DNA from: an uncultured Dorea sp.
GTDB taxonomy: Bacteria > Bacillota > Clostridia > Lachnospirales > Lachnospiraceae
Assembly: GCA_947063855.1 (NCBI GenBank)
Contig: CAMSTW010000004.1
Coordinates: 6,677 to 70,676, forward strand
Direction: 5' to 3'
Length of the DNA stretch: 64,000 nucleotides
The notes under the pieces are model-generated. The model saw only the letters and a program-made list of their open reading frames with translations. It was not told where the DNA came from and did not search any database. The translations under genes were made by a program, and so were the position numbers. Of this stretch, positions 41,423 to 51,125 are shown one piece after another (positions within the stretch are counted from its first letter, which is position 1; each line of letters starts with the position of its first letter).

Positions 41423-42349
41423 TTATTCATACATATCTTTTACACGAGGATCAATAAACGCATATACCAGATCAACTGCCAGCATGATCAGAATGAACAC
41501 GGTTGATAAGAATATAATGCCTCCCATAACAATCGGAATATCTTTGGTCTTGATTGCATTTACAATTGCCGATCCGAATCCCGGAAGTCCAAATACCATC
41601 TCGATAATCAACGCGCCGCCTAAAAGCGACGCAAAGCTCATTCCCAGCTGCGTGACCACCGGCATCATCGCATTCTTCAAAGCATGCAAAAACATCACCC
41701 GGGGCGTGGCCGCTCCTTTTGATTTTGCCGTCCTGATATAATCCTGATTAATGGCGTCTATCATCGTAGATCTTGTCAGCCTCGAAAGGTAGGCTGCCGA
41801 CGGTAAAACAAGTGTGATGACCGGCATCACATAATGCTTCCATGTACCGATACCGCTTGACGGAAGCCATCCTAATACCAGCGAAAACGTTAACATAAAC
41901 ATAAGTCCCAGCCAAAATGAAGGAACACTTGCAAAAAACAACGCCAGAGTCGTCAATGTATTATCCAGAAATGAATTCGGCTTAAGCGCAGATATAATCC
42001 CCAGCGGGATTCCCAACAATGCCGAAATACTGACGGCCAGCAGGGCAAGCTTCAATGTCGTTGGAAACTTTGGAGCCAGTATCTCAACGACCGGCTGCCG
42101 GCTTACATAAGACTCGCCGAAGTCTCCCTGCGCCGCATGGATCAGATAATCAAAATATCTTACAACCACCGGCCGGTTGTATCCCAGCGCCTCATCCAGA
42201 TTATTCACCTGCTCCTGCGTCGCCGTCACTCCCAGGATTACCCGTCCCGGCGTTCCAGGCGTCAGATCCAGAATAAAGAATATCGCAAAGACAATAATTA
42301 AAATCGTTGGAATAATTGATAATATTCTTCTAAATATGTATTTACTCAT
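41423..42349 (-). CDS. Peptide ABC transporter permease (OppB/DppB-like)
   Basis: KYIFRRIL, GDFGES, DYIRTAKSKG, IEMVFGLPG.G. Confidence 0.92.
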   Translation of the reverse strand: MSKYIFRRILSIIPTILIIVFAIFFILDLTPGTPGRVILGVTATQEQVNNLDEALGYNRPVVVRYFDYLIHAAQGDFGESYVSRQPVVEILAPKFPTTLKLALLAVSISALLGIPLGIISALKPNSFLDNTLTTLALFFASVPSFWLGLMFMLTFSLVLGWLPSSGIGTWKHYVMPVITLVLPSAAYLSRLTRSTMIDAINQDYIRTAKSKGAATPRVMFLHALKNAMMPVVTQLGMSFASLLGGALIIEMVFGLPGFGSAIVNAIKTKDIPIVMGGIIFLSTVFILIMLAVDLVYAFIDPRVKDMYE

Positions 42350-44387
42350 TACCTTCGTCTCCTGCCCCCTGTTGCTTTGTGCAGTCAGAAATTGAACTCC
42401 CGGCCGGATAAAGCGCCAGTTCGATATCAATAAATGTCCTTATCTCCGCTATCGTTCGATGGAAATATTCCCCCATCCCCTGATCATGGCTCCCGTATGG
42501 CAGTACTCTTAGAAGAACCGGCCTCTTCCCTTGGAGACTCTGCATCCTTGCGGCGAACTTCTTGGCATGATAAGCCGGAACATTATTATCCATCGCACCT
42601 GCCTGAATATAAATGCCCGGATATGATACATCCTCCCTTATGTTATGATACGGAGAGTATGATTTCATATACTCAAACATGTCATCCGTCCGTGGATCCC
42701 CATACTCTGTAATATACATGGGGCCGCGGTCGTCATATACGAATCCCAGCAGATCCGTCTGCGGCACGGATGCTATCACACATCCAAACAGATCCGGCCT
42801 TCTTGTGATGAGCGCCGTCATCAGCAGACCGCCGTTTGACAGCCCGCATATTGCGATTTTTTCCGGTCTTGTCCATCCGTCACGGATCACTCCCTCTACA
42901 ATACTGCAGAAATCATCAAATACATTCTTTTTATTTTCTTTCCAGCCGCCTCTGTGCCAGTCTTCACCAAATTCTCCGCCGCCACGTATAATACAGTGTA
43001 CGTAGATTCCTCCCGCTTCAATCCAGTTGGCAACCGTCATACCACATACGCGCGCGCTCACATAGTTTGTCGCGTTATATCCACCGTATCCGTAGAAAAG
43101 CGTCTGATTATCACCATCTTTTTTCACATCATTCTTTCGGATGATATACGCCGGCAGACGCGTTCCGTCAGAAGACATGTAATAGGTAAGTTCTTCTGTC
43201 ACGTCTTCACAGGCCGGACCACTTTCATAGACTGTGCCTGCCGTATAATTCTCAAGATCCAGCTCCATGACACTTGCCGGGACGGAAAAACTCTCATATG
43301 AAAACAACGGCTTATCAGAAGCAAACTCTCGTTCTGCAATACCAATCTTCCCGTAAACACAGGGCAGCCTGATATCCCGCCGTCTTCTCTCCTCATCATA
43401 TACACAGATACTCTGGGAACCGGCATTTTCATAGATACAGATAATCTTCCCTTGATTTATGCCGGCCTGCGATATCTTTTCATCTGTTTCATCAATATAT
43501 GTCTGCTTTGTATGGAATCCCTGTCCTCTCTCAATTGTCACAATCTTTCCAAGCGCCGCGTCTTCATCCGTTAAGAAAAAATGCCGGCCGCCGCTTGTCC
43601 CTATGTATGTGCGGTCGTTCCCGTCATATGGGACCTCAATCATCTGCTGTCCGTCTTCGCAGATGACCAGATCGCCCGCATGATAATCGACGGCAAACTC
43701 GGCAATCACACCGCCTTCATCCAGCGGATATACAGAACCGTAGGCCGCGTGCCCCTGATGTGTATAAAGTACCGCTTCTTCATCCGCGCCGACACAGTAT
43801 CTGCGTAATGTATTCTCGATGGTTCCGTCTCTGCGATGTTCCGCCTTGGAATAATACACATACGCTCCACATGCGGACCAGCTTACCGAAAAGGTATCTT
43901 TCAACTCGGCCAGAACCTTCTTACTTTCTGTATCATATACCAGTCCGCTCATTCTTTCCGCCTTGTCCCTGAGAACATGCAAAACCGCCAAATTCTTATA
44001 TACCGGATTCGGAGATATACCGTATACATGAACTCCTTCCATAAAATCAGAATCGGTAATCACCTCTCTTACGGAAAAATCTTCATTCAATCTGACACTC
44101 TGGGAAATGCCGTCATTGTATACCCCCAATGCCGTTATCCCGCCCGCTGTCCTTACGATTTCACGATACATCAAATTCCGGTTCATCGCCCGCTGTTCAT
44201 CCAGATATTTTTCCAGACAACTCTGATAATTCATAAAATATTGATCCGTGAATACATTCTGCTCATTGGTAAATGAAACAGTATCCTGTGCGGCGGCATC
44301 GCGCATCCATTCATACGCATCCTTAACAACGTGTCTTCCGTATTTTATTTCCTGCAGTCTGTATTCTGCAACGGGATAATTATACAT
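42342..44387 (-). CDS. Prolyl oligopeptidase family serine peptidase (S9A), cytoplasmic
   Basis: D.Y.WM, YGYGG, RGGGEFG..WH, GLSNGG (Ser), D.NV (Asp), GSH (His); no signal peptide. Confidence 0.9.
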   Translation of the reverse strand: MYNYPVAEYRLQEIKYGRHVVKDAYEWMRDAAAQDTVSFTNEQNVFTDQYFMNYQSCLEKYLDEQRAMNRNLMYREIVRTAGGITALGVYNDGISQSVRLNEDFSVREVITDSDFMEGVHVYGISPNPVYKNLAVLHVLRDKAERMSGLVYDTESKKVLAELKDTFSVSWSACGAYVYYSKAEHRRDGTIENTLRRYCVGADEEAVLYTHQGHAAYGSVYPLDEGGVIAEFAVDYHAGDLVICEDGQQMIEVPYDGNDRTYIGTSGGRHFFLTDEDAALGKIVTIERGQGFHTKQTYIDETDEKISQAGINQGKIICIYENAGSQSICVYDEERRRRDIRLPCVYGKIGIAEREFASDKPLFSYESFSVPASVMELDLENYTAGTVYESGPACEDVTEELTYYMSSDGTRLPAYIIRKNDVKKDGDNQTLFYGYGGYNATNYVSARVCGMTVANWIEAGGIYVHCIIRGGGEFGEDWHRGGWKENKKNVFDDFCSIVEGVIRDGWTRPEKIAICGLSNGGLLMTALITRRPDLFGCVIASVPQTDLLGFVYDDRGPMYITEYGDPRTDDMFEYMKSYSPYHNIREDVSYPGIYIQAGAMDNNVPAYHAKKFAARMQSLQGKRPVLLRVLPYGSHDQGMGEYFHRTIAEIRTFIDIELALYPAGSSISDCTKQQGAGDEGNE

Positions 44388-44401
44388 AGCGCCCTCTCTT
44401 T

Positions 44402-45058
44402 CTATTCCTCAATAATCTTTTTAACAAATTCGGAAACACTGATATAGTGGTGTCTCAAATTCTCTGTAATAACATCGACATCTCTGGTTTTCACACAATC
44501 CAGAAGATCCCTGTGATTTCTTCCGATCTTTCCATAGCAAAGCAGATTCAACGAATCCAATGTGGAATACACCGCAATATTGGTAACGTCCAGCATATGC
44601 CACAATTTCAGCAAATATGGAAGCCCCGGCTCCTGTACCAATAATTCATGGAATATCTGATCCTCTTCGATGATTTTTCCCAGGTTTCTCTGCCGGTCAT
44701 ATTCATCTATTTTTACAACATGCCCCTCCATCTCCTTGAGCGTGCCGTCGGAATAATTGCCTCCACATACATTCACAGCCAGTATCTCCAGGTCCGCTCT
44801 CAGCAGACTCATCTCATAGATCTCTTTAATTGTGAGTTTCTTAACCCTGCACCCTTTATTGGCCTCGTATGAAACGAGACCCTCCTGCTCAATCTGTCTG
44901 AGCGCCTCTCTTACCGGCCCTCTGCTGATCCCCAATTCCTCTGCCAGTTCAAATTCGTTGATCCTTTCTCCTGATTTTAGTTCTCCATTCATGATACGGG
45001 ACTTGATATAGCTGTTTACCTGCTCTCGCAGAGTTACAATATGATATTTTGACCCCAT
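44402..45058 (-). CDS. GntR-family (FadR/FCD) transcriptional regulator
   Basis: G..I.E.ELA..LGISRGPVREAL, C-terminal D..FH...H..L FCD pattern. Confidence 0.9.
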   Translation of the reverse strand: MGSKYHIVTLREQVNSYIKSRIMNGELKSGERINEFELAEELGISRGPVREALRQIEQEGLVSYEANKGCRVKKLTIKEIYEMSLLRADLEILAVNVCGGNYSDGTLKEMEGHVVKIDEYDRQRNLGKIIEEDQIFHELLVQEPGLPYLLKLWHMLDVTNIAVYSTLDSLNLLCYGKIGRNHRDLLDCVKTRDVDVITENLRHHYISVSEFVKKIIEE

Positions 45059-45088
45059 CTTCTCTACTCTCTCCTTCTTCTAAATGCT

Positions 45089-45132
45089 ATTTTACTTTAC
45101 CGTGTTAAAATTGTCAACAGTTAACTGTTTGA
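45089..45132 (-). promoter_or_regulatory. Promoter of peptide operon with palindromic operator overlapping -35
   Basis: Minus strand TTGACA (45117..45112)-17 bp-TAAAAT (45094..45089); palindrome aacagttaactgtt at 45116..45129. Confidence 0.7.
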
Positions 45133-45375
45133 TTTGCGACTTTTTTGCTTTTTGTCAGTATTTTCATTTTCCAATTGATTCCGGGAAATAAAAAACCTGT
45201 TAATTTTCTCCATATTTCCTTGTTTTCCAAATTTATACTCTTATAATATCGCCTCCCCTCCCCGCTTGTGCTTAAAAAATGAAAATCCCCAAAGCATACT
45301 TGCTTCAGGGTTTTCTTTCCAAATTTATTCTTCTTTTTCAGGCAGCAACATTGCATAATATCCGTCCTGTTCTGC

Positions 45376-46965
45376 TTAAAGTTCCCGCAAATCTATGCGG
45401 TTATTCTTTCGATACATCAGACCTGCTGTCCCAAGAAGCAGCACACACAGAACAGCCCGATATCCCCCGGAATATCCCTTCGGAACCAGACAGGCGCCCA
45501 CGCCGCCAAGGAGCGCCAGGACAGCCCCGCCCATGCCTCCAAGTACGGCTGAAGCGCTCTGTTTGACCACGCTCACCTCATTCTCCCAATCCAGGACCGG
45601 GAAATGCAGATTAACGGCAATCCCGTATACACAGGCAAACAGCAGGATCACCGCCGGGATCACCATCATCCAGAAGCTATCCTGTAATCCCGGCTTTAAT
45701 GCAAGGATCAGGAAAACCTCCGACACAAGGTAAAAAGGCAGCATCAGGATCAGATTCATCAGGATCTTTGCGTCCAGAACCACCCTTGCCGTCAGCGGCA
45801 GGCTTTTGACAAGCCACCACTCCTTCCCTTCCATGGAAACAGATGTGGCTGCAGTTGTCATCATACAAAAAGTGCCTGCCAGCAGAAACGGCGCGATTAC
45901 TGCCAAATCGACCGGAACCGGCAGGAGCTCTTTCACCCTCTCCGGGCCTGTAAAAAGAAGCGCCCCCGATAGGACACAGCCCATGAGCGGTCCGATGATC
46001 GTATTGGATACATAAATACTCGATGAGAAATACCGCCGGAATTCCTTCCTGCACAGGGAAATCAGCGCCGTGTCTGCTTTCAGATCGCCCATCTGATAGT
46101 CATGCCTTGCCGCCGTTGTATACAGATTCCGGCTGATGGACTGAAAACAGGCGGATACGACCGCCGCCGCCACGGCAGACACAGACAGAAATAAACCTGT
46201 ATACATCAGGCACCGGCCGATTTCCCCATTTACAATCGCTGTCCCAAGCAGCACGGCAGGAGGATAGAATCTCCCAAGCATATCCGAAACCATTCCGGAC
46301 AGTTCCTCCATAATCTCCAGGCTTTCCATCCCTTCCATTGATGTAAGGCTCGAAGAACCATACATAATAGCAAAAACAAATACTATCGTAAGCGTTGACG
46401 CCGCCAGGCTTTTATGCCGCATCCTGGAGGAAATTCCCGTAACCAGCGCCCCGATAAGGACCGCCCCTGTCATTGGCAGTAACGGCACTGACCATATCCC
46501 AAGAAACGCACACAGATAGAATGATACATCCGGCCTCGTCTGCCATGCATACACCGCAATCCCCGGAAGCAGTACCAGAGCAGCCATCAGCAGATTTTCC
46601 GTATACATGCGCAAAAACCGTCCAAGCACTACCGCTCCTTTCCTTACAGGCAGGGAAACTACCATATCATATCCCTGCTTCCGGAAAATGATGCTTCCCG
46701 CCTTTAAGATTCCAAAGACGAAAATGAGCATGCTGGATATGGCGATGACATAAGCCGGAACATCTTCTCCTGCTCCAATCTCCACCAGTCCCCAGGAAAG
46801 GCCGCCCACATAAAAAAGCAGCATAATAATCAGGAGTACCCAGAGGACAGAAAGCATTACAGCCCTCTTCTTTTTACGCTTGTCTTTTGTGAACCGTAAA
46901 ACATTTATGCCAAGGAGATTACATAACTCCAGCCTGGCCATAATCCTAATCTGCGCCAACATCAT
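45376..46965 (-). CDS. ABC-2-type transporter permease (large, ~12 TM)
   Basis: Many TM segments; SLPV, SMEGKEWWLVKSLP motifs; follows ABC ATPase. Confidence 0.8.
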   Translation of the reverse strand: MMLAQIRIMARLELCNLLGINVLRFTKDKRKKKRAVMLSVLWVLLIIMLLFYVGGLSWGLVEIGAGEDVPAYVIAISSMLIFVFGILKAGSIIFRKQGYDMVVSLPVRKGAVVLGRFLRMYTENLLMAALVLLPGIAVYAWQTRPDVSFYLCAFLGIWSVPLLPMTGAVLIGALVTGISSRMRHKSLAASTLTIVFVFAIMYGSSSLTSMEGMESLEIMEELSGMVSDMLGRFYPPAVLLGTAIVNGEIGRCLMYTGLFLSVSAVAAAVVSACFQSISRNLYTTAARHDYQMGDLKADTALISLCRKEFRRYFSSSIYVSNTIIGPLMGCVLSGALLFTGPERVKELLPVPVDLAVIAPFLLAGTFCMMTTAATSVSMEGKEWWLVKSLPLTARVVLDAKILMNLILMLPFYLVSEVFLILALKPGLQDSFWMMVIPAVILLFACVYGIAVNLHFPVLDWENEVSVVKQSASAVLGGMGGAVLALLGGVGACLVPKGYSGGYRAVLCVLLLGTAGLMYRKNNRIDLREL

Positions 46966-47671
46966 TTACCACCTCCATAAAAATGGACTCCAGAGTATTG
47001 CCCTGCTTTACAACCTCCTCCATGGGACCTTCGGCAATCAGGCGTCCGTCCTTGATCATCGCTACCTTGTTACAGAGCTTCTCAGCCACCTCCAGCACAT
47101 GGGTAGAAAAGAATATGGCGCCTCCGCCGTCGCAGAGCTTCCTCATCCTGTCTTTCAGGATAACGGAAGCTTTCGGGTCAAGCCCCACAAAAGGCTCGTC
47201 TAAAACCAGCAGCCTTGGTTCATGCAGCAGCGCAGATATGATTGCAAGCTTCTGTTTCATACCATGGGAATAAGAAGAAATCAGATCCCCAAAGGATTCC
47301 GTTATTTCAAATTCATCCCCGTACCTTTGGATCCGTTCCTTCCTCTCTCCTGCCGGAACCTTGAAAATATCGGCAATAAAGTTCAGATACTGGATGCCTG
47401 TCAGATACTCATAAAGATCCGGATTATCCGGAATATACGCCGTCATTTGTTTGCACGCAAGCGGGTCATCATGAAGGCTGATTCCTCCGATCCGAAGCTC
47501 TCCCGCATCATATCCATGGATCCCGGCAATGCATTTCAGTGTCGTTGTCTTCCCGGCTCCATTATGCCCGATGAATGCGCAGATATCACCCGGCATCACA
47601 TGGAGACTTAGATCCGTGACACCCTTGCTGCTGCCCTTATAGTGTTTCGTCAAATGATTGATAATAAGCAT
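46946..47671 (-). CDS. ABC transporter ATP-binding protein
   Basis: GHNGAGKTT, YSHGMKQK, LDEPFVGLD. Confidence 0.92.
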   Translation of the reverse strand: MLIINHLTKHYKGSSKGVTDLSLHVMPGDICAFIGHNGAGKTTTLKCIAGIHGYDAGELRIGGISLHDDPLACKQMTAYIPDNPDLYEYLTGIQYLNFIADIFKVPAGERKERIQRYGDEFEITESFGDLISSYSHGMKQKLAIISALLHEPRLLVLDEPFVGLDPKASVILKDRMRKLCDGGGAIFFSTHVLEVAEKLCNKVAMIKDGRLIAEGPMEEVVKQGNTLESIFMEVVNDVGAD

Positions 47672-47705
47672 TGTTTTCCTCCTGTTTTACGAGAGCAGTC
47701 TCTGT

Positions 47706-47850
47706 GTTACTGTTCACACGGCACTGTGCACTACGCTGCACGGTGTCCGGCCAAAGAAGTAGTGGCTGTCTGGCATCCGGTCCCTCACCGAAGGTGACTT
47801 TTAATGGCCGGATGCCGTTACTGGAGCACCCGTAGGGTGTGAACAGTAAC
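47706..47850. mobile_element. MITE, family C (145 bp) with target-site duplication
   Basis: 14-bp perfect TIRs gttactgttcacac / gtgtgaacagtaac flanked by gtctctgt and gtctctgc; several internal hairpins. Confidence 0.75.
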
Positions 47851-47880
47851 GTCTCTGCAGCTGCTTCTCATCTTCGCCTT

Positions 47881-49002
47881 CTATGTGTCAGCTTTTGCAA
47901 AATGCTGCAGTATCTTCTGGAAATCCGTATTCTCTTTCAGAGCCTCAAAAGCCGGGTGGCTGAACGCTTCCTGCAGATTCTGAAAAACGAATTTCCTGCT
48001 TCTTGGGGCCATTTTTCCCAATGGAAGGGCTTCAATCCATGCGTCTAAACGGTCAAAATATTCATCTCCGTGGAGTACAACCTTCTCTGCCCGTAAGAGC
48101 CCGTCAACACATTTCTCAAAAAGGAAGAGGGCCTTCAGCGCTTCTTCCTCCTCCCCGCCTGCTGCATACATGACCGCCGCCTGATAATGGAACTGTGCGG
48201 CAAGATTGGGATTGAGCTTCTCCAGCCGGTAGGCTTCCATTACATTTCTGATCCTGCATACCGTCTTTTTGCACCGCTCTATGTCGTCCTGGTATAAAGC
48301 CAGGGATATTGCGGCATCACCGACCAGGTTCAGAATATCCAGCCATTCCCTTGCCTGGATATAGGCTCTTGCCTTCTCATGTTCCCCCGCCATCTGATAT
48401 GCCTGGACCAGTATGGCTCCGTCCTGCCCTGCAAGACGGGCGGGGTCAGAAGAAGGCTCCAGCATAGTAATCGTTTCAGCCGCTTTCCCAAGCCATAAGC
48501 TGATACCAGCCTTCAAAACCAAAGCATCACTGCATATGCTTACATCGCTGCAGCTTTCCAGAATATGGTCACACCATGAAGCAGCCTCCTCTAAAAGCTG
48601 TTTTTGTTCCTCTTCTGACTCTGCCAGCATGTAATGGTTCAAGTACAATACAGTAAGCTGCAGCCAAAAAGCGTGGCAGGAATAGTACCTGTGGGCCAGA
48701 GTGCGGGTCTTTTCAATGACCTCATGAAAAGGAAGCCTGGCAAAATCCTTTACAAGCTCCGCATAGAAGCGGCGGATCTGCTCTTTGGAAAGCTTTGCTT
48801 TGTACCCGATCAGCTCGTCTATCGTCGTGCCAAAATAGGCAGAAAGTTCGAGCAGAAGCATAAGATCCGGCGTGCTTTGGGCATTTTCCCACTTGGATAC
48901 TGCTGCCTTACTTACTCCGAGGAAGTCTGCAAGCTCCTCCTGAGTAATCCTCCGCTCGCGCCTTAGCCGGATAATATTGTCCGATAAATTTAATCTGTCC
49001 AT
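47881..49002 (-). CDS. XRE-family HTH regulator with long helical C-terminal domain
   Basis: LRRERRITQEELADFLGVSKAAVSKWE..PD; start MDRLNL inferred. Confidence 0.85.
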   Translation of the reverse strand: MDRLNLSDNIIRLRRERRITQEELADFLGVSKAAVSKWENAQSTPDLMLLLELSAYFGTTIDELIGYKAKLSKEQIRRFYAELVKDFARLPFHEVIEKTRTLAHRYYSCHAFWLQLTVLYLNHYMLAESEEEQKQLLEEAASWCDHILESCSDVSICSDALVLKAGISLWLGKAAETITMLEPSSDPARLAGQDGAILVQAYQMAGEHEKARAYIQAREWLDILNLVGDAAISLALYQDDIERCKKTVCRIRNVMEAYRLEKLNPNLAAQFHYQAAVMYAAGGEEEEALKALFLFEKCVDGLLRAEKVVLHGDEYFDRLDAWIEALPLGKMAPRSRKFVFQNLQEAFSHPAFEALKENTDFQKILQHFAKADT

Positions 49003-49255
49003 ACTGTTATTGTTCTCCTTACCCTCTAGTGTATTACCTCTTTTCTTCATTATAATAAAAAAAGAATTTCCTATCAATCGAGCTGTATTCCACTTTTCTG
49101 CAAAAAAGTCAACCGGGGAGAAACATTTCCATTTTATTCAGGTGAACTATTTGTCTGAAATTATCAATAATCGATTGAAACTCTTGCGAAAAACACTTAA
49201 TGATCTGGTTACAAATGCTAAGGTGCGAGATATCCCCATCTCAGCTCACAAGTAC

Positions 49256-49292
49256 AAAGAAAGCCCCGAAACATATTCGCTCCAGAGCTTTC
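49256..49292 (-). terminator. Probable intrinsic terminator
   Basis: Minus strand gaaagctctgga..ttcggggctttc then TTT, just after the AAA gene. Confidence 0.5.
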
Positions 49293-49310
49293 ATGTGCCT
49301 GTATTCATTT

Positions 49311-51002
49311 TTATCCATTTTCTGCCAGCATGACCTTACATCGTTTTTTATAGCATGCAATCCCATATTTCAGAATATTCTCTACCCCATCGTCTTCCAG
49401 GTCATCTTCATATCTGGTATACTCAATCTGTTTCAATGCTTCCTTACATGCCCTCTCCAGATCTCCGTCATGGGCATATTTTACTTCTATGATGATTCCC
49501 ATATCACCGGTGTCCGGTTCCGCAAGGATGTCTGCATAGCCTTCCCCCATCTCCCGGTTGGAAGAAATCCCCCACTGGGTTTTCACTCCTAAAATTCCAA
49601 GCAGGACACCATGATAAAAGCCCTCCTTCATATCTTTCCTTACGGCCGTATCACGAATACTGATGGTCTTCCTTAAATATTCTGTAAAAATCTTCTCTAC
49701 ATTTTCTGTATCTTCATTCTGCAATGCATCACAAAAACGTGTCAGCATCTCTCCGTCTTTTCTGACATTCTCTTTAAAAAACTCCATAATCTGCGTTTCG
49801 AAAATATCCCGTATCTCCCGATTGGGAATCGCCAGCTTCATCTGCCTTCCCTCTGCTTTTCCCCGCTGAGTCAGATATCCGGTGGTAAAGAGCAGACTCC
49901 AGATATTGTCTACTGTCTCATAAATCTCTGGGTATGTGAGTTCCTGGTGAATTTCCTTCGTAATAACCCCGCCTGCCACCAGGTTCTCAATCTCCCGCTT
50001 GGTCGCAGCATTTGCCGACTCCTGAATAAACCGTTTCACTGCGTCATTGCTGCTGGTATTAATCCAATAATTTTCCGGCTGTGCATCTGGGTTGCTCCTG
50101 ATCCTGTCACAATGGTTCAATACATCCCACGGACAATACACTCCTACATTCCCAAATTGGTAGCCGTCATACCATCTTTTTACTGCCCCATAGTGCTCCG
50201 TCACACCATAATACTCCAGAAGTTCTTTCACCTCTTTATCTGTAAAACCGAAGTATTCATCAAAACGTTCATCCGCAATCGTCAACACCTTCAGGTTATT
50301 AAGCCCGGTAAAAATGCTCTCCTTTGAAATCCGTAGACATCCCGTCAGCACCGCAAATTTTAAACTGCTGTTTGTCTTCAGCGCCTCTCCAAGCAGATTC
50401 CGAACTAAAGATATCATCTGATCGTAGTATCCGTTTGCATGGGCTTTTGCCAATGGAACATCATATTCATCAATCAGCAGGATAACTTTAGTTCCATGAT
50501 ATTTTTCTAATAATCCTGATAATACTCTCAAACTATTACAAAATACCGCTTCTGACATATTATCATCCAGAAGCTTTCGATATTCTGCTTTATCCTGTTC
50601 ACTTAAAGCATTGCTCTCCAAAAGATATTGTACTTTTGCAGGAACTCTTTTTATAATCTGAACTGCCATTTGAAATGCCATTTCATAGTTTCGTGCATCA
50701 ATTCCCTTCAACGAAACAGAAATAACCGGATATTTTCCCATATATTCTTCACAAACTGCTGTTTCTTTTGAAATTTCCAATCCCTCAAAAATACTTTTAT
50801 CTCCATTCAGCGAAAAAAAGTGTTCCAACATACTCATATTCAGCGTTTTTCCAAATCTTCTGGGGCGAGTGAACAGATTCACTGCTCCCCAATTATGGAG
50901 TAATTCAGCAATGAACCCTGTTTTATCTATATAGTAAAAATCTTCTTTCCTAATATCCTCAAAATTTTCAATTCCGATAGGAAGTTTCTTTCGCCTGTCC
51001 AT
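49311..51002 (-). CDS. AAA-ATPase-like protein with C-terminal PD-(D/E)XK nuclease domain
   Basis: KKLPIGIE, TRPRRFGKT, LIDEYDVPL, EGFYHG, SNREMGEGYADI, IIEVKY, ALKQI. Confidence 0.88.
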   Translation of the reverse strand: MDRRKKLPIGIENFEDIRKEDFYYIDKTGFIAELLHNWGAVNLFTRPRRFGKTLNMSMLEHFFSLNGDKSIFEGLEISKETAVCEEYMGKYPVISVSLKGIDARNYEMAFQMAVQIIKRVPAKVQYLLESNALSEQDKAEYRKLLDDNMSEAVFCNSLRVLSGLLEKYHGTKVILLIDEYDVPLAKAHANGYYDQMISLVRNLLGEALKTNSSLKFAVLTGCLRISKESIFTGLNNLKVLTIADERFDEYFGFTDKEVKELLEYYGVTEHYGAVKRWYDGYQFGNVGVYCPWDVLNHCDRIRSNPDAQPENYWINTSSNDAVKRFIQESANAATKREIENLVAGGVITKEIHQELTYPEIYETVDNIWSLLFTTGYLTQRGKAEGRQMKLAIPNREIRDIFETQIMEFFKENVRKDGEMLTRFCDALQNEDTENVEKIFTEYLRKTISIRDTAVRKDMKEGFYHGVLLGILGVKTQWGISSNREMGEGYADILAEPDTGDMGIIIEVKYAHDGDLERACKEALKQIEYTRYEDDLEDDGVENILKYGIACYKKRCKVMLAENG

Positions 51003-51125
51003 TTTCTTCCACATCCTTTCCATTCATAAACTACATTTTTACAATAGTTTATTCCCAAATACATTATAACAATTTAACAGCGGCATTTCCATAGAAATTC
51101 CATTACATAGTATCCCTTTTTCAGT

